From positions 124,001-188,000 of the IMG/VR virus record IMGVR_UViG_3300042562_001598: a stretch of 64,000 nucleotides of DNA, one strand, 5' to 3'. The notes below the pieces were generated by a model that was not told where the DNA came from, did no database searches, and saw only the letters and a list, made by a program, of their open reading frames with translations. Both the position numbers and the translations under genes were made by a program. Below are positions 31,639-43,272 of this stretch, in pieces (within the stretch, counting starts at the first letter, position 1; each line of letters starts with the position of its first letter).

Positions 31639-34600
31639 TTATCGTTTAAGCGACCCCCAAATTGAAAGATAAATGAACCTGGTTGATGTATCCCATAATG
31701 AAACATTGACTGATTTCCATAATGAACTATTAATAAATTCACCTGTTAAATCATGAACTGATGGGATAATTGATTCATATATACATGTTGAATTGCTTCT
31801 TGGTCCATTACCTAAAAACTTAACTGGTTTTCCTACTTTCATAACTTGGATATTCTAACTAATCTAATGGAATTATTAACTTTATCTTTAATTTGTTCAT
31901 AGATATAACCTTCAACGGGGTTATATGTTGATTCTGACACTGAATTACCTATTGGGCTATGTAATGACCAAAATATGGATGAAAATAATTTTCTTCTAAC
32001 GGATATAAGTTTTGTTTTCATGATAAAGTTTTCATTGGTAATGTTATTTCTCTTAAATTTTCCCAAATTGAACTATTAAATAAGTCTTTTTTTTGTTGAA
32101 TAACAAATAAATCTGCTGATTTTTTTAATAAAACATCTGTTGGAACATGTAATGACCAATTAACCTTACCAATAAGTCTATTTGCGACTGATTTCCCCAA
32201 CTTTGTTTTCATAACACTATCACCCATCTTGTTAAATTATTAATTGGTCTCCACACTGAAACATTAACAAAACCCCACACTGAATTTTTTGGTGCCATAT
32301 ATACCTCCTCGTTAACAGAATCTAAAACTGAATTATAGACTGAATTAACAATTACATTATTTATTTTATATCTAACTGGTTTCCCCAATTTTACCTTTGT
32401 TTTCATAATAAAGTTTTCATTAGTTCATCTATTGGGTCATATATTGTTTCATAAACTAAATTCGTCCCAGACCAAAACACTGAATTAGTTATTGTTTCAC
32501 TGACTGATTTATAAACCAACTTATCAACCGAATTAGTTATTGCAATACACAAAGAAATATTCAGTTTTTCATCAACAGGGTTCCCCAATTTTACCTTTGT
32601 TTTCATAAATTTATTCTCCATCTTGTTGAAGTATGTAATGGTGTAATCACCGAATTAACAACCAACTTATGAACTCCATTGCTAACTGATTCCCTAACAG
32701 AACTCCACACTGAATTAAACAATGAATTATTCACTGAATCATACACTGAACCATACACTGAATCACTCACTGAATCACTCACTGACCTACCCACTGACCT
32801 ATTCACTTTAGTCTTAACTGACTTACCCAATTTAATCTTTGTTTTCATAATATAATGTTTGTTAAACTTCTGATTGGAGAATACACTGAATCATCCACTA
32901 AGTTACTCACCGAAATATCCATTTCACTCCTAACTGGACAATACACTGACCTACTCACTAAACTATACACTTTATCCTTAACCGATTTCCCCAATATAAT
33001 CCTGGGGGATATTACTTCTTTCATATATTATTATTTATTGAAGTCCAAACCAAACTATGAACTGACCTACCCACTGAACGATACACTGAAGACCTTACCA
33101 ATCTCCTTACTGAATCATACACTGAAATATCTACTGAACTCCACACTAAATCATCTACTGTCCAAACCGTAGTATTAACCGACCCAATACTTGATTCCTT
33201 CACATAATTATGTAGATAAACTCTCACTTTATCACTAACTGATTTCCCCAAGACTAACTTGGGGGGTATTACTTCTTTCATATTCTATTATTTATTGAAT
33301 TAGTCACTGAACCACTTACTGAATTCCACACTGAACTTCTCACTGAAAGGTTTACTGAATTATCCAATGAATCATACACTAAACTCCACACTGAACCATA
33401 CACTGAACCATACACTTTATCTATAACCGACTTCCCCAATTTTACCTTTGTTTTCATAAATTTATTCTCCATCTCATTGAAATATTAATTGAATCTCTCA
33501 CTGAACTCCATACTGAATTAGTCACTGGAATACTCACTGAACTAACAATTGTATTATTTATTTTATATCTAACAGGTTCCCCCAATTTTACCTTTGTTTT
33601 CATAATGCTATTACCCATCTTGTTAAATCATTAATTGGTTCCATTGTTAATTTATTTGTATCCCATATTGAATCCCAAGCGACATCCTTTAATGAATTAT
33701 ATGTTGAAAAATTTACTGATGTATGAACTGATTCATATATTTCACGCCTAACCGATTCCCCCAATTTTGCTTTCATAACTTTAATTTCCACGCTAATGAT
33801 TCATCAATTGAACGCCTCACCGAACTTCTCACTGAACCCCTCAATGAAAGTTCCACTGTCTTATTCACAGGACTATATACTTCACTATATACTGAACCAA
33901 ACAATGAATTATCCACTAAACTCCAAACTGACTTACCTAACTCTAACTTTGTTTTCATAATTTATTTATTTATTGAATTATTAATAGGTTCAACTATTAA
34001 ATTTCTAATTGGAATCCAAACTAATCTCAAAACTGGACTCCACACTGAACTATGTATTGAACTACTTACTGAACTACTTACTAAAATAGTCACTGAACTA
34101 TTCACTGAATTATTAATTAATTCACTAACTGACTTACCTAACTCTATCTTTGTTTTCATAATCTTATTCTTATTAAACGACTAATTGAAATATTCACTGA
34201 ACTCTGTAATGAAGCCCACACTGAATCATTGATTAAACCAATTACTGAACTAACCAATGAACTATCCACAGAATAATACACCGAATCCCACACTTTCATT
34301 GAATTATTTATGTCACCCTTAACATTTTTACCTAACTCTAACTTTGTTTTCATAATCTTACACTCCATCTTGTTAAATCATTAATTTGTCTCCAAGTTGA
34401 ACGATATATTGAATTATATACTAGTTTTGATGTTGATTTCCTTATTGGATAATGCACTGAATTCTTCACTAATTGATACACTGACTTACCAACTGATTTT
34501 CCTAATCTAACCTTGGGGGTTATAACTTCTCCCATAATCTATTATTTATTGAATTACAAATAGGATTATATACTGAACTCCGCACTGAAATATGCACTGA

Positions 34601-35671
34601 AACATACACTGAATTAGTCACTGATTCACTTACTAAACCGCTCACTGAACCACACATAGAACTATACGCTGAACGACACACGGAATCATGTACTGAAATA
34701 TCCACCGAACCCCTCACTTTAACCTTAACTGGTTTTCCTAATCTAATCTTTGTATTCATATTATAATTAATTTTTAAGTTTTTCTATAGGGATACTCACT
34801 GAACGCCAAACTGAATTGTAGGGAAAGTTCCACACTGAATCATTGACCGAAATAACTATTGAAAGATATAATAACTCAATAATTTCATTCCGTTGCATTA
34901 CCTTAATTGGTTTACCTAATTTCATAATCTATTTGTTATTGAATCAACCACTAAACCCCACACTGACATAAAGACTAAATCCCTAACTAAATCTCTCACA
35001 TTATTATTAGTTATATGATATGATTGACTCAACATATCATCACTCACTAAAATATCAACTGAGCTACATACTGACCTTCCAACTGATTTACCTAAAATAA
35101 TATTTCTTTTCATAATTTAATCCTCCATATCATTAAATTATTAATTGGTGTTCTAATTGAATCCCAACCTTTATCTAAAAGATTAGTTGTACGAATAGTC
35201 ATTGACCATTTCACAGAGTTACTTACCGAACTCTTAAATAAGTAACCAATTGGTTTTCCTATTTCTATCTTTGTTTTCATATACTTCTTCTTATTGAACG
35301 AGCCATTGAACTATCCACTGAATTTCTAACCGGGACACACACTGACTCACTCACAAAGATATAAGATTGGTTATTAAACTTAAAGTATATCAGTTCCTCT
35401 GTTTTATCTTCAACCATCTTATATATAAATTTATTCACCTCATTCTTAAGTGATTTCCCTGTTTTCATTCTAATAATCTATTTTTTATTGTTTCTATAAT
35501 TGGTGACCAAGCTAACCATTGTACTAAATCATCCACCGAATCATAAATTATATCATCAACTAAATTATAAACTGAATTATTCACCAATTTATCAATTGAT
35601 GGATACATATTACCCCCAATATCCCATATTTCTTCACTAATTGGTTTCCCCAATTTTATCTTTGTTTTCAT
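31639..35671 (-). CDS. SVxx-repeat small-protein array 3: 21 coupled paralogous genes
   Basis: Starts 35671, 35468, 35280, 35113, 34925, 34759, 34535, 34353, 34159, 33958, 33776, 33603, 33457, 33281, 33024, 32848, 32606, 32406, 32212, 32021, 31842. Confidence 0.88.
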
Positions 35672-35682
35672 ATAATTGTTTA

Positions 35683-36183
35683 TTAAAGGTGAGTGCCACC
35701 GCCATCCAATTTATTTGTAAAATCCATCAACTTACCAAAAGAAGGGTGCGAGGATACTGGTTCCTTTTTAACATCTTTCATTACTTCCCAGATTGATGGT
35801 TTAACTTTCATATGGTTTTGGACCAAGTATTTTATTTCATCAACATCTGTATTGTTGAATGAGGAAATCCAACCACTGAAATCTTCAACATATTTGGTTG
35901 ATTTATTCTCATGACCATATGCTGTTGGTTGGCCGGTTTTCGGATTAATTGCGTATGTATCTATTTTCCCAAGGTCGTGGAATAATGCTGACATAATCAT
36001 ATTTGGGTCACCAGGGAAATGATGGTATGCTCGTTTTACAACAACAAGAATATGTTTCAAGGTATTTCCCTCCGGATGCCAATTTGGATTTTGTTTCGCA
36101 TTCCATTGACTAAAGAATAATTTCTGTAATTCCTTGGGTGCTGACTTAATTAATGATTTTGGTGTTCCTGGTATTGTATTCAT
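35683..36183 (-). CDS. HD-domain phosphohydrolase (resembles the HD domain of CCA-adding enzymes)
   Basis: QNPNWHPEGNTLKH, ALFHDLGKIDT, AYGHE, LVQNHM; TATATTTG box at 36205-36212 (-). Confidence 0.85.
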   Translation of the reverse strand: MNTIPGTPKSLIKSAPKELQKLFFSQWNAKQNPNWHPEGNTLKHILVVVKRAYHHFPGDPNMIMSALFHDLGKIDTYAINPKTGQPTAYGHENKSTKYVEDFSGWISSFNNTDVDEIKYLVQNHMKVKPSIWEVMKDVKKEPVSSHPSFGKLMDFTNKLDGGGTHL

Positions 36184-36472
36184 AATTCGTTCTTTTGATT
36201 GGAACAAATATATGAAAAATTTCACAATAAACCAAGATAATAACAATTATTCTTTTTTTCACCTTTTATCTATCATATCGCGAACTCCCTCCGGTCGCAA
36301 ATCATCTTTTGGCCGTTTTTATGGCGTTTTATTGGCTTGGTTACACCATAATTGTTTTTTGTTATATGTTGCCGGATTTGTTAAATGGGTCCGTTAAATG
36401 ACCTTAAAATGACTAATTTCGTTTGTTTATATGTAAATAACCACTATATTTGTAACATAAATTAACAATATT

Positions 36473-36891
36473 ATGCCGAAAACTAGGTTAATTATCGGAA
36501 AATCAATGAGTGAGGAGTTAATATCTCACATATCTTCAGGTTTTGCTCAATCCGAACATGAAACAATCCGAACCAATGCTAACGATGTAATTTGGGATAA
36601 CATAATTGATTCTGTTTGGGCTGCAACAGATTTTGAGGTTGGCGAGTTAATTTGGAATACATTTAATGTTAAATTATCTTTATCATGAAATTAGGAAAAC
36701 ATGTTTTAGTTCCCAGTTTAACTTATAAACTCCGGGAACCAACTTACACAAAGATTAAAGACAGCGTGGATATATTAATTATAATTTCAACTGAACGGAA
36801 AGTCAGAAATATTATTTTTGATTTTGTGTCAAATTCGGTAACCACACCCATTAAAGTTAATGTTAAAAACAATTATTTTAGGTATTTATAG
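36473..36891 (+). CDS. Two divergent members of the SVxx family (array 4: 36473..36688, 36685..36891)
   Basis: KTRLIIGKSM / MKLGKHV heads; WDNIIDSVW and FVSNSV; TATATTTG at 36445. Confidence 0.6.
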
Positions 36892-36893
36892 TT

Positions 36894-39323
36894 ATGAAAA
36901 TTATTATCACAGAAAATCAATATGAGTTATTGAAAGATAAACCAAAAGTTTATAACTTTCCATCTTTGGATATATTTGGACATGAAAAACCAATAGATAA
37001 TTGGAATTTGATGCAAAAGTTTTTAGATAAAAAGGGTAATCCTGATTTTACCATTGATGGTAATTTGGATTTAAGGGATGCACCAATTGAATCATTAGGA
37101 AATTTAACTTCGGTTGGGGGGCATTTGGATTTATGTTTTACTCAAATTGAATCATTAGGAAATTTAACTTCGGTTGGGGGTTATTTAAATTTAAGATACA
37201 CACCAATTAAATCATTGGAAAATCTAACATCAGTTGGGGGTACTTTGTTTTTAACAAATTCATCAATTGAATCATTGGGAAATCTAACTTCAGTTGGGGG
37301 TACTTTGAGTTTAGAAGGAACACCAATTAAATCACTAGGAAATCTAACTTCAGTTGGGGGTAGTTTATTTTTAAGAAAAACTCCAATATCCGAAAAATAC
37401 ACTGAAGAAGAAATAAGAAGTCAAGTTAAAGTTGAAGGAGATATATACTTATGAAAATAATAATAACAGAAAATCAATACGAATTATTGAAAGAAATGGA
37501 AGATAAACCAAAGGTTTATCACTTCCCTTCATTGGATATATTTGGACATGAAAAACCAATAGATAATTGGAATTTGATGCAAAAGTTTTTAACTAAAAAA
37601 GGTAACCCTGATTTTACTATCACAGGTGATTTGGATTTAAGTGACACCCTCATTGAATCATTGGGAAATCTAATTTCGGTTGGGGGTACTTTGTATTTAA
37701 TGGGAACACAAATTAAATCATTGGGAAAACTAACTTCAGTTGGGGGTGGTTTGTTTTTAGAGTATTCATCAATTGAATCATTGGGAAATCTAACAACAGT
37801 TGGGGGTGCTTTGAGTTTAGAAGGAACACCAATTAAATCATTGGGAAATCTTAAATCGGTTGGGGGTAGTTTGTATTTAAAAAGTTCACCAATTAAATCA
37901 TTGGGAGAACTAACATCAGTTGGGGGTAATATATATTTAACTGATACATCAATTAAATCATTGGGAAATCTAACTTCGGTTGGTGGTAGTTTGTTTTTAA
38001 GAAGAACACCAATATCAAAAAATTACACTGAAGAAGAAATAAGAAGTCAAGTTAACGTTGAAGGAAAAATATACTTATGAAAATAATAATTACAGAAAAT
38101 CAATATGAGTTATTGAAAGAAACCAAAGATAAACCAAAAGTTTATAACTTTCCATCGTTGGATATATTTGGTTATGAAAAACCAATAGACAATTGGAATT
38201 TGATGCAAAAGTTTTTAGCTAAAAAAGGTAATCCTGATTTTACCATTGATGGTAATTTGGATTTAAGTGATACTCTAATTGAATCATTAGGAAATTTAAC
38301 TTCGGTTGGGAATAATTTGTATTTATCATACACACCAATTAAATCATTAGGAAATCTAACTTCAGTTGGGGGTGATTTGAGTTTAGGAGGAACACCAATT
38401 AAATCATTGGGAAATCTTAAATCGGTTGGTGGTTATTTGGATTTAAGAGATACATCAATCGAATCATTGGGAAATCTAACTTCGGTTGGGGGTACTTTGC
38501 ATTTAAATGAAACGCAAATTGAATCACTGGGAAATCTAACAACAGTTGGTGGTAATTTGGATTTAGAAGATACAACAATTGAATCGTTTGAAAATCTTAC
38601 TTCGGTTGGTGGTAGTTTGTTTTTAAGAAGAACACCAATATCCGAAAAATACACTGAAGAAGAAATAAGAAGTCAAGTTAAAGTTGAAGGAAAAATATAC
38701 TTATGAAAATTATTATCACAGAAAATCAATACGAATTATTGAAAGATAAACCAAAAGTTTATCACTTCCCTTCATTGGATATATTTGGTCATAAAAAACC
38801 TATAGATAATTGGAATTTGATGCAAAAGTTTTTAGATAAAAAAGGAAACCCAGATTTTACTATCACAGGTGATTTGGATTTAAGTGACACCCCCATTGAA
38901 TCATTGGGAAATCTAATTTCGGTTGGTGATAATTTGTATTTATCATACACACCAATTAAATCATTAGGAAATCTTACTTCGGTTGGGGGTGGTTTGGATT
39001 TAAGAAATACACCAATTGAATCATTGGGAAATCTAACTTCGGTGGGAGGTAATTTGTATTTAACATACTCAAAAATTGAATCATTGGGTAATCTTACTTC
39101 GGTTGGGGGCGATTTGGATTTAGATGATACACCGATTAAATCAATAGCTAATCTAACTTCAGTTGGGGGTAGTTTGTTTTTATATAATACACCAATTGAA
39201 TCATTAGGAAAACTAAAATCGGTTGGGGGTAGTTTGTTTTTATATAATACACCAATATCCGAAAAATACACAAAAGAAGAAATAAAAAGTCAGGTTAAAG
39301 TTGAAGGAGGTCTATACTTATGA
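36894..39323 (+). CDS. Four tandem LRR-like proteins (36894..37454, 37451..38080, 38077..38706, 38703..39323) with MKIIITENQ leader
   Basis: 5-6 copies each of the 20-aa unit xLxLxxTPIxSLGNLTSVGG (60-bp DNA repeat); conserved N- and C-caps. Confidence 0.88.
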
Positions 39324-39628
39324 AAATAATAATTACAGAAAATAGAATATTCAGTGTTGCTAAAAAACAACTGACTAAAAAGTTTGGTGATTTAACGCCT
39401 TTTACCTATGATGAGGAAGATGATATCGTTTATTATATTAATAATAAACGAGCACTTTATTTTGAATATGATAAAGAAGAAAATTATTGCCGAATTGGTG
39501 ATACTATTTGGGATTTCTTAACAGATATCTTTGGCTTAGATGATGACCAAATAAAAAAAGTTACAAAAGAATGGTTGGAAGACTATTATAATCTTAAGGA
39601 TGTTTCAGTATTAAAATCAGAGTGGTAA
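39320..39628 (+). CDS. Leader-tagged hypothetical protein, paralog of 63494..63832
   Basis: MKIIITENRxxSVAKKxLTKxFGDLTP and DIFGxDxDQI shared. Confidence 0.8.
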   Translation: MKIIITENRIFSVAKKQLTKKFGDLTPFTYDEEDDIVYYINNKRALYFEYDKEENYCRIGDTIWDFLTDIFGLDDDQIKKVTKEWLEDYYNLKDVSVLKSEW

Positions 39629-39708
39629 AATAATATTAAAATTATTTTCAAGTTATTCATTTTTTTCATTATCTTTGTTCAAGAAATTAATCACTTAAAC
39701 AAATCAAT

Positions 39709-39912
39709 ATGAAAATTAATCCCCACATTCTAGCAACATCCATATTCCTATTAATAATTTCAGGAATGATAGTAACAGAAGTCCTACAACAATTCATAAC
39801 CTTTGAGGACTTAACCAACGAAATTATCCTTTATATAGGAACAACAACAATGGGAATACTACTTTTCGTTAGTTCCTTTGAGAAAAATAAAACTAAAACC
39901 CCCCAGGACTAA
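39709..39912 (+). CDS. Small two-TM membrane protein
   Basis: Hydrophobic ORF after TATCTTTG (39670). Confidence 0.65.
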   Translation: MKINPHILATSIFLLIISGMIVTEVLQQFITFEDLTNEIILYIGTTTMGILLFVSSFEKNKTKTPQD

Positions 39913-39983
39913 CTTGGAGGGTTTTTTATTATTACACTATAAATTTTAGTGAAAATTACCTATATTTACCATATTTATATAGT

Positions 39984-41475
39984 ATGAACGCAAAACTTAA
40001 CGAAAAGCTAAAAAAGTTAGTAGAGGAAAAAGGTTATAGAGAAGCTTGTGAATTGATATCACTAAAGATGTATGATTTGGCAACATTAACTGACTTAAAA
40101 ATAGAAGGTGAATTTGCTCAAGGTATATTATTTGATTTATTGGATGATAATAAAATTCCAACCACTTATGAGGATTTCAACATTAAAACAAGAGATATTG
40201 AAGATATAATAATATGGGAAAATGATTCTGTTGCCGCGGAGGCAATGCCATTTTATAAACCCAACCAATTAAATGTTTGGATGTTTATCTATACCAATGA
40301 AAATGACGATGAGAAATATTTCCATGGTGAAATTCCGAACTCTTATATAATGTCAAAGTGTAAAGGTAGTTTTGATAATCTTGAAGAATTTATTACTTGG
40401 ATTAAAGATTATTATTACCCAACATCAGCAAAAATGATTGCAGAATTAATATCATTAAATAATGATTCAACAAAATAACTAAAGTATGACCCCAAAAGCA
40501 AAAGAAAAAATACAACAATTGGTTGATAAAATAGGATTTCATAGGACATGTGAAAATTTACATATGAAATCATATGATTTAGTTAGACTATTTGGTGTGA
40601 AGATTAATAACTCAGAAGTATGTAATAATTTAGTATTTGATTTATATACAGATTCTCTTTTACCAACAACATATAAAGAATTTACCCTTTATATTGATGA
40701 TGAAGGTATTTTATCTTGGATTTCCACAGATGCCGAAGTTTGGGCAACACCTTATTGGAATTGTGAAAATGAACTACCAATAGATATAGTTCATTATAAA
40801 CGCTATAATGAAGATAATATAGATTACGAATACTTATCAGATAATTTTAAGTTAAAACCGGAGTTTACCGATATTACAGAGTTCATTCAATATCTTAAAG
40901 ATTTTACATATCCAGAGACATATAAAAAAATTCACAGGTTAATAGATAGAATTGAAGAATATGAAAATAATTTATAAAATAACCACAGGATGAACCCAAA
41001 AGCAAAAGAAAAAATATTAAAATTAATAGAAAGAGAAGGATTTGATGGAGTTCTTGATAGCCTACAACTAAAAGCGTATGACTTAGTTGAAAAGTTTGAC
41101 CTTGAAATTAATAATCCTGATATGTGTTGGACTTTAATTTATGATTTATATAAAGATAATAAATTACCCAGTCAATATAAAGAATTTACTATTGAACTTG
41201 ATAATGATGGTTTTTTAGGTTGGGAGGATGTTTCAACGAATACTCTTTTTTACGCAACACCTTTCTGGGATGCTGAAAGTAATTTACCTATAAATATAGT
41301 AACTCATAAAGAATATGATGAAAGAGACTTACCGGATGAATTAAGGTATATTTATATTCAAATACCTTATGAATTTAATAATCTTGAAGAATTTATTACT
41401 TGGTTAAGAGATTTTTATTATCCAACAACTTATAAAGTAATTAAAGATATAACTAATAGAATTGACCAAGCATGA
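39984..41475 (+). CDS. Three tandem paralogous acidic proteins (39984..40478, 40486..40977, 40990..41475)
   Basis: Shared EKxxxLxxxxG, YDL, DLxxDxxxPxxYxxF, AxP(F/Y) and EFIxxxxDxxYP motifs. Confidence 0.82.
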
Positions 41476-42256
41476 AAATAATAATTACAGAGAATAAATT
41501 ATATAACTCAATATACAACTATATTGATAAATTTTACGATACATCTAAAATAGGTCAATTCAACCCAACAACTGATGACGAAATTGGGAATTGGGGTGAT
41601 AAGGAAAATCCGTATATTACAGAGTTTTATTACTATATATTTGATGGAGATTATGATGAAAACGGGGTAGCGTTTTTATATATTCAAAAAGAATATTATG
41701 ACGAGAAACACTCAAATATGTCATTTATAAATCAATCACCAATATTAATTGTTAATAATTATGGCGATTTTACAGAAATGTTTAGTGATTATTGGAAAGA
41801 ACCAATGAAACAATGGTTTTGGGATAAATATAAACTACCGGTTAAAACGATAGTTGCTGATTAATAAAATAAAATATGAAAATAATAATCACAGAAAATA
41901 AGCTAAACACCTCATTTGAGAAAATGCTTAATAGGGAATTGAAACACCTAAAAGAATATAAGGAATCCGACGATTTTGACGAAGAAAGTCTCCCAGATAA
42001 TATTTCTTGGGATACAATGAATTGGATTGAATATGTTGATAAAATTGAGGTTGTTCAAGTTGATAAAGAAACTAACCCAAATCCAGAATTTAGTTCTTTT
42101 AATGTTCTAATTAATGTTTATACAAGTTATTTAACTAATTTTGATGTTGAAAGTATTATTTCAGACCTTGAAGATAATATTAACGAAACTTTACAATATA
42201 ATGTAAGTTTAATTGAAAACGATGTAATAAATAACGGAACAACAACTGAATGGTAA
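41472..42256 (+). CDS. Two MKIIITENK-leader acidic proteins (41472..41864, 41876..42256)
   Basis: Leader family. Confidence 0.75.
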
Positions 42257-42257
42257 T

Positions 42258-42707
42258 ATGAAAATAATAATTACAGAAAATCAATATACATTATTGAAAG
42301 AAATGGAAGATAACCCAAAAGTTTATAACTTCCCATCATTGGATGTTTTCGGTAACGAAGAACCAATAGATAATTGGAATTTGATGCAAAGTTTTTTAGA
42401 GAAAAAAGGTAACCCAGATTTTTCTATTAGTGGTAATTTGGATTTAAGAGATACACCAATTGAATCACTAGGAAATCTTACTTCGGTTGGGGGTTATTTA
42501 AATCTATATGGTACACCAATTGAATCATTAGGTAATCTAACTTCAGTTGGGGGTAGTTTGATTTTATCACGAACACCAATTGAATCATTGGAAAATCTAA
42601 CTTCGGTTGGGGGGTTTTTAATTTTACGAAATACACCAATATCAGAAAAATACACAGAAAAAGAAATAAGAAGTCAGGTTGAAGTTAAAGGAAATATACA
42701 CTTATGA
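42258..42707 (+). CDS. Fifth LRR-like protein (3 repeats) with MKIIITENQ leader
   Basis: Same caps and 20-aa unit as 36894-39323. Confidence 0.88.
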   Translation: MKIIITENQYTLLKEMEDNPKVYNFPSLDVFGNEEPIDNWNLMQSFLEKKGNPDFSISGNLDLRDTPIESLGNLTSVGGYLNLYGTPIESLGNLTSVGGSLILSRTPIESLENLTSVGGFLILRNTPISEKYTEKEIRSQVEVKGNIHL

Positions 42708-43231
42708 GAATAATAATTACAGAAAATCAAAGAACCCAAATGTTAAATAAAATTTGGGACAAATTAAAAGCAAACGGAAAACAACCAACACTAAACCGTG
42801 AGGTTCTAAACTCTTTAGGTTTTAATACTTGGGATTCCGAACCAAGATTTGCATTAACACATTACCTTGGCGGTTATGATAAAGTAAAGGAAGATGCTAA
42901 AAATTTAGTATTAGGAAAAACCTTTAATACCGATGACTATGATGGAACTGGTAGTTATAGTTTTACTTTTACAGTTGAAGATGTATGGGAAGAAAATGAA
43001 GAAGAACAAGCAATCCAATTTATAGTAAAATTTGGTAACGGAACTGTTGATTGGTATGATGAAGATGGTGAAGAAATTGGTCCAACAGATATTTTAGATG
43101 CTTATTCACAAGCGGATATGACTGAAAGTTGGGAATTTAAGTCTGAAATACAAGATGTTATTAAAATGATTTTAGAACAAGAAGTAACCAACAAAACCGG
43201 AATTGATGTTGAAGTTGAATTATTATGGTAA
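42704..43231 (+). CDS. Leader-tagged acidic hypothetical protein
   Basis: MRIIITENQ start. Confidence 0.75.
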   Translation: MRIIITENQRTQMLNKIWDKLKANGKQPTLNREVLNSLGFNTWDSEPRFALTHYLGGYDKVKEDAKNLVLGKTFNTDDYDGTGSYSFTFTVEDVWEENEEEQAIQFIVKFGNGTVDWYDEDGEEIGPTDILDAYSQADMTESWEFKSEIQDVIKMILEQEVTNKTGIDVEVELLW

Positions 43232-43239
43232 AATCAATA

Positions 43240-43272
43240 AAAAAACCCATCTTATTTAGATGGGTTTTTTAT
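43240..43272. terminator. Bidirectional terminator between convergent genes
   Basis: aaaaaacccatct-tattt-agatgggtttttt. Confidence 0.8.

Noticed and set aside
10027-33172. Antisense ORFs with TELY/LNY repeats (10027..10329, 26361..26564, 26564..26776, 32855..33172)
   Set aside because: Shadows of the stop-poor 12-bp repeat on the opposite strand; they lack the family head and coupling
9772-35671. SVxx arrays as CRISPR arrays
   Set aside because: The repeat unit is a degenerate 12-mer in coding frame with no 25-45 bp constant repeat plus unique spacer structure, and there are no cas genes
9772-35671. SVxx proteins as RiPP precursors
   Set aside because: No double-Gly cleavage site and no modifying enzymes or transporters nearby
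37181-39271. Antisense ORFs in the LRR genes (PPTEVRFPNDS repeats)
   Set aside because: Reverse-frame shadows of the 60-bp repeat
9772-42707. Diversity-generating retroelement behind SVxx or LRR variation
   Set aside because: No reverse transcriptase in the window and no template/variable repeat pair differing only at adenines; one elsewhere in the genome cannot be excluded
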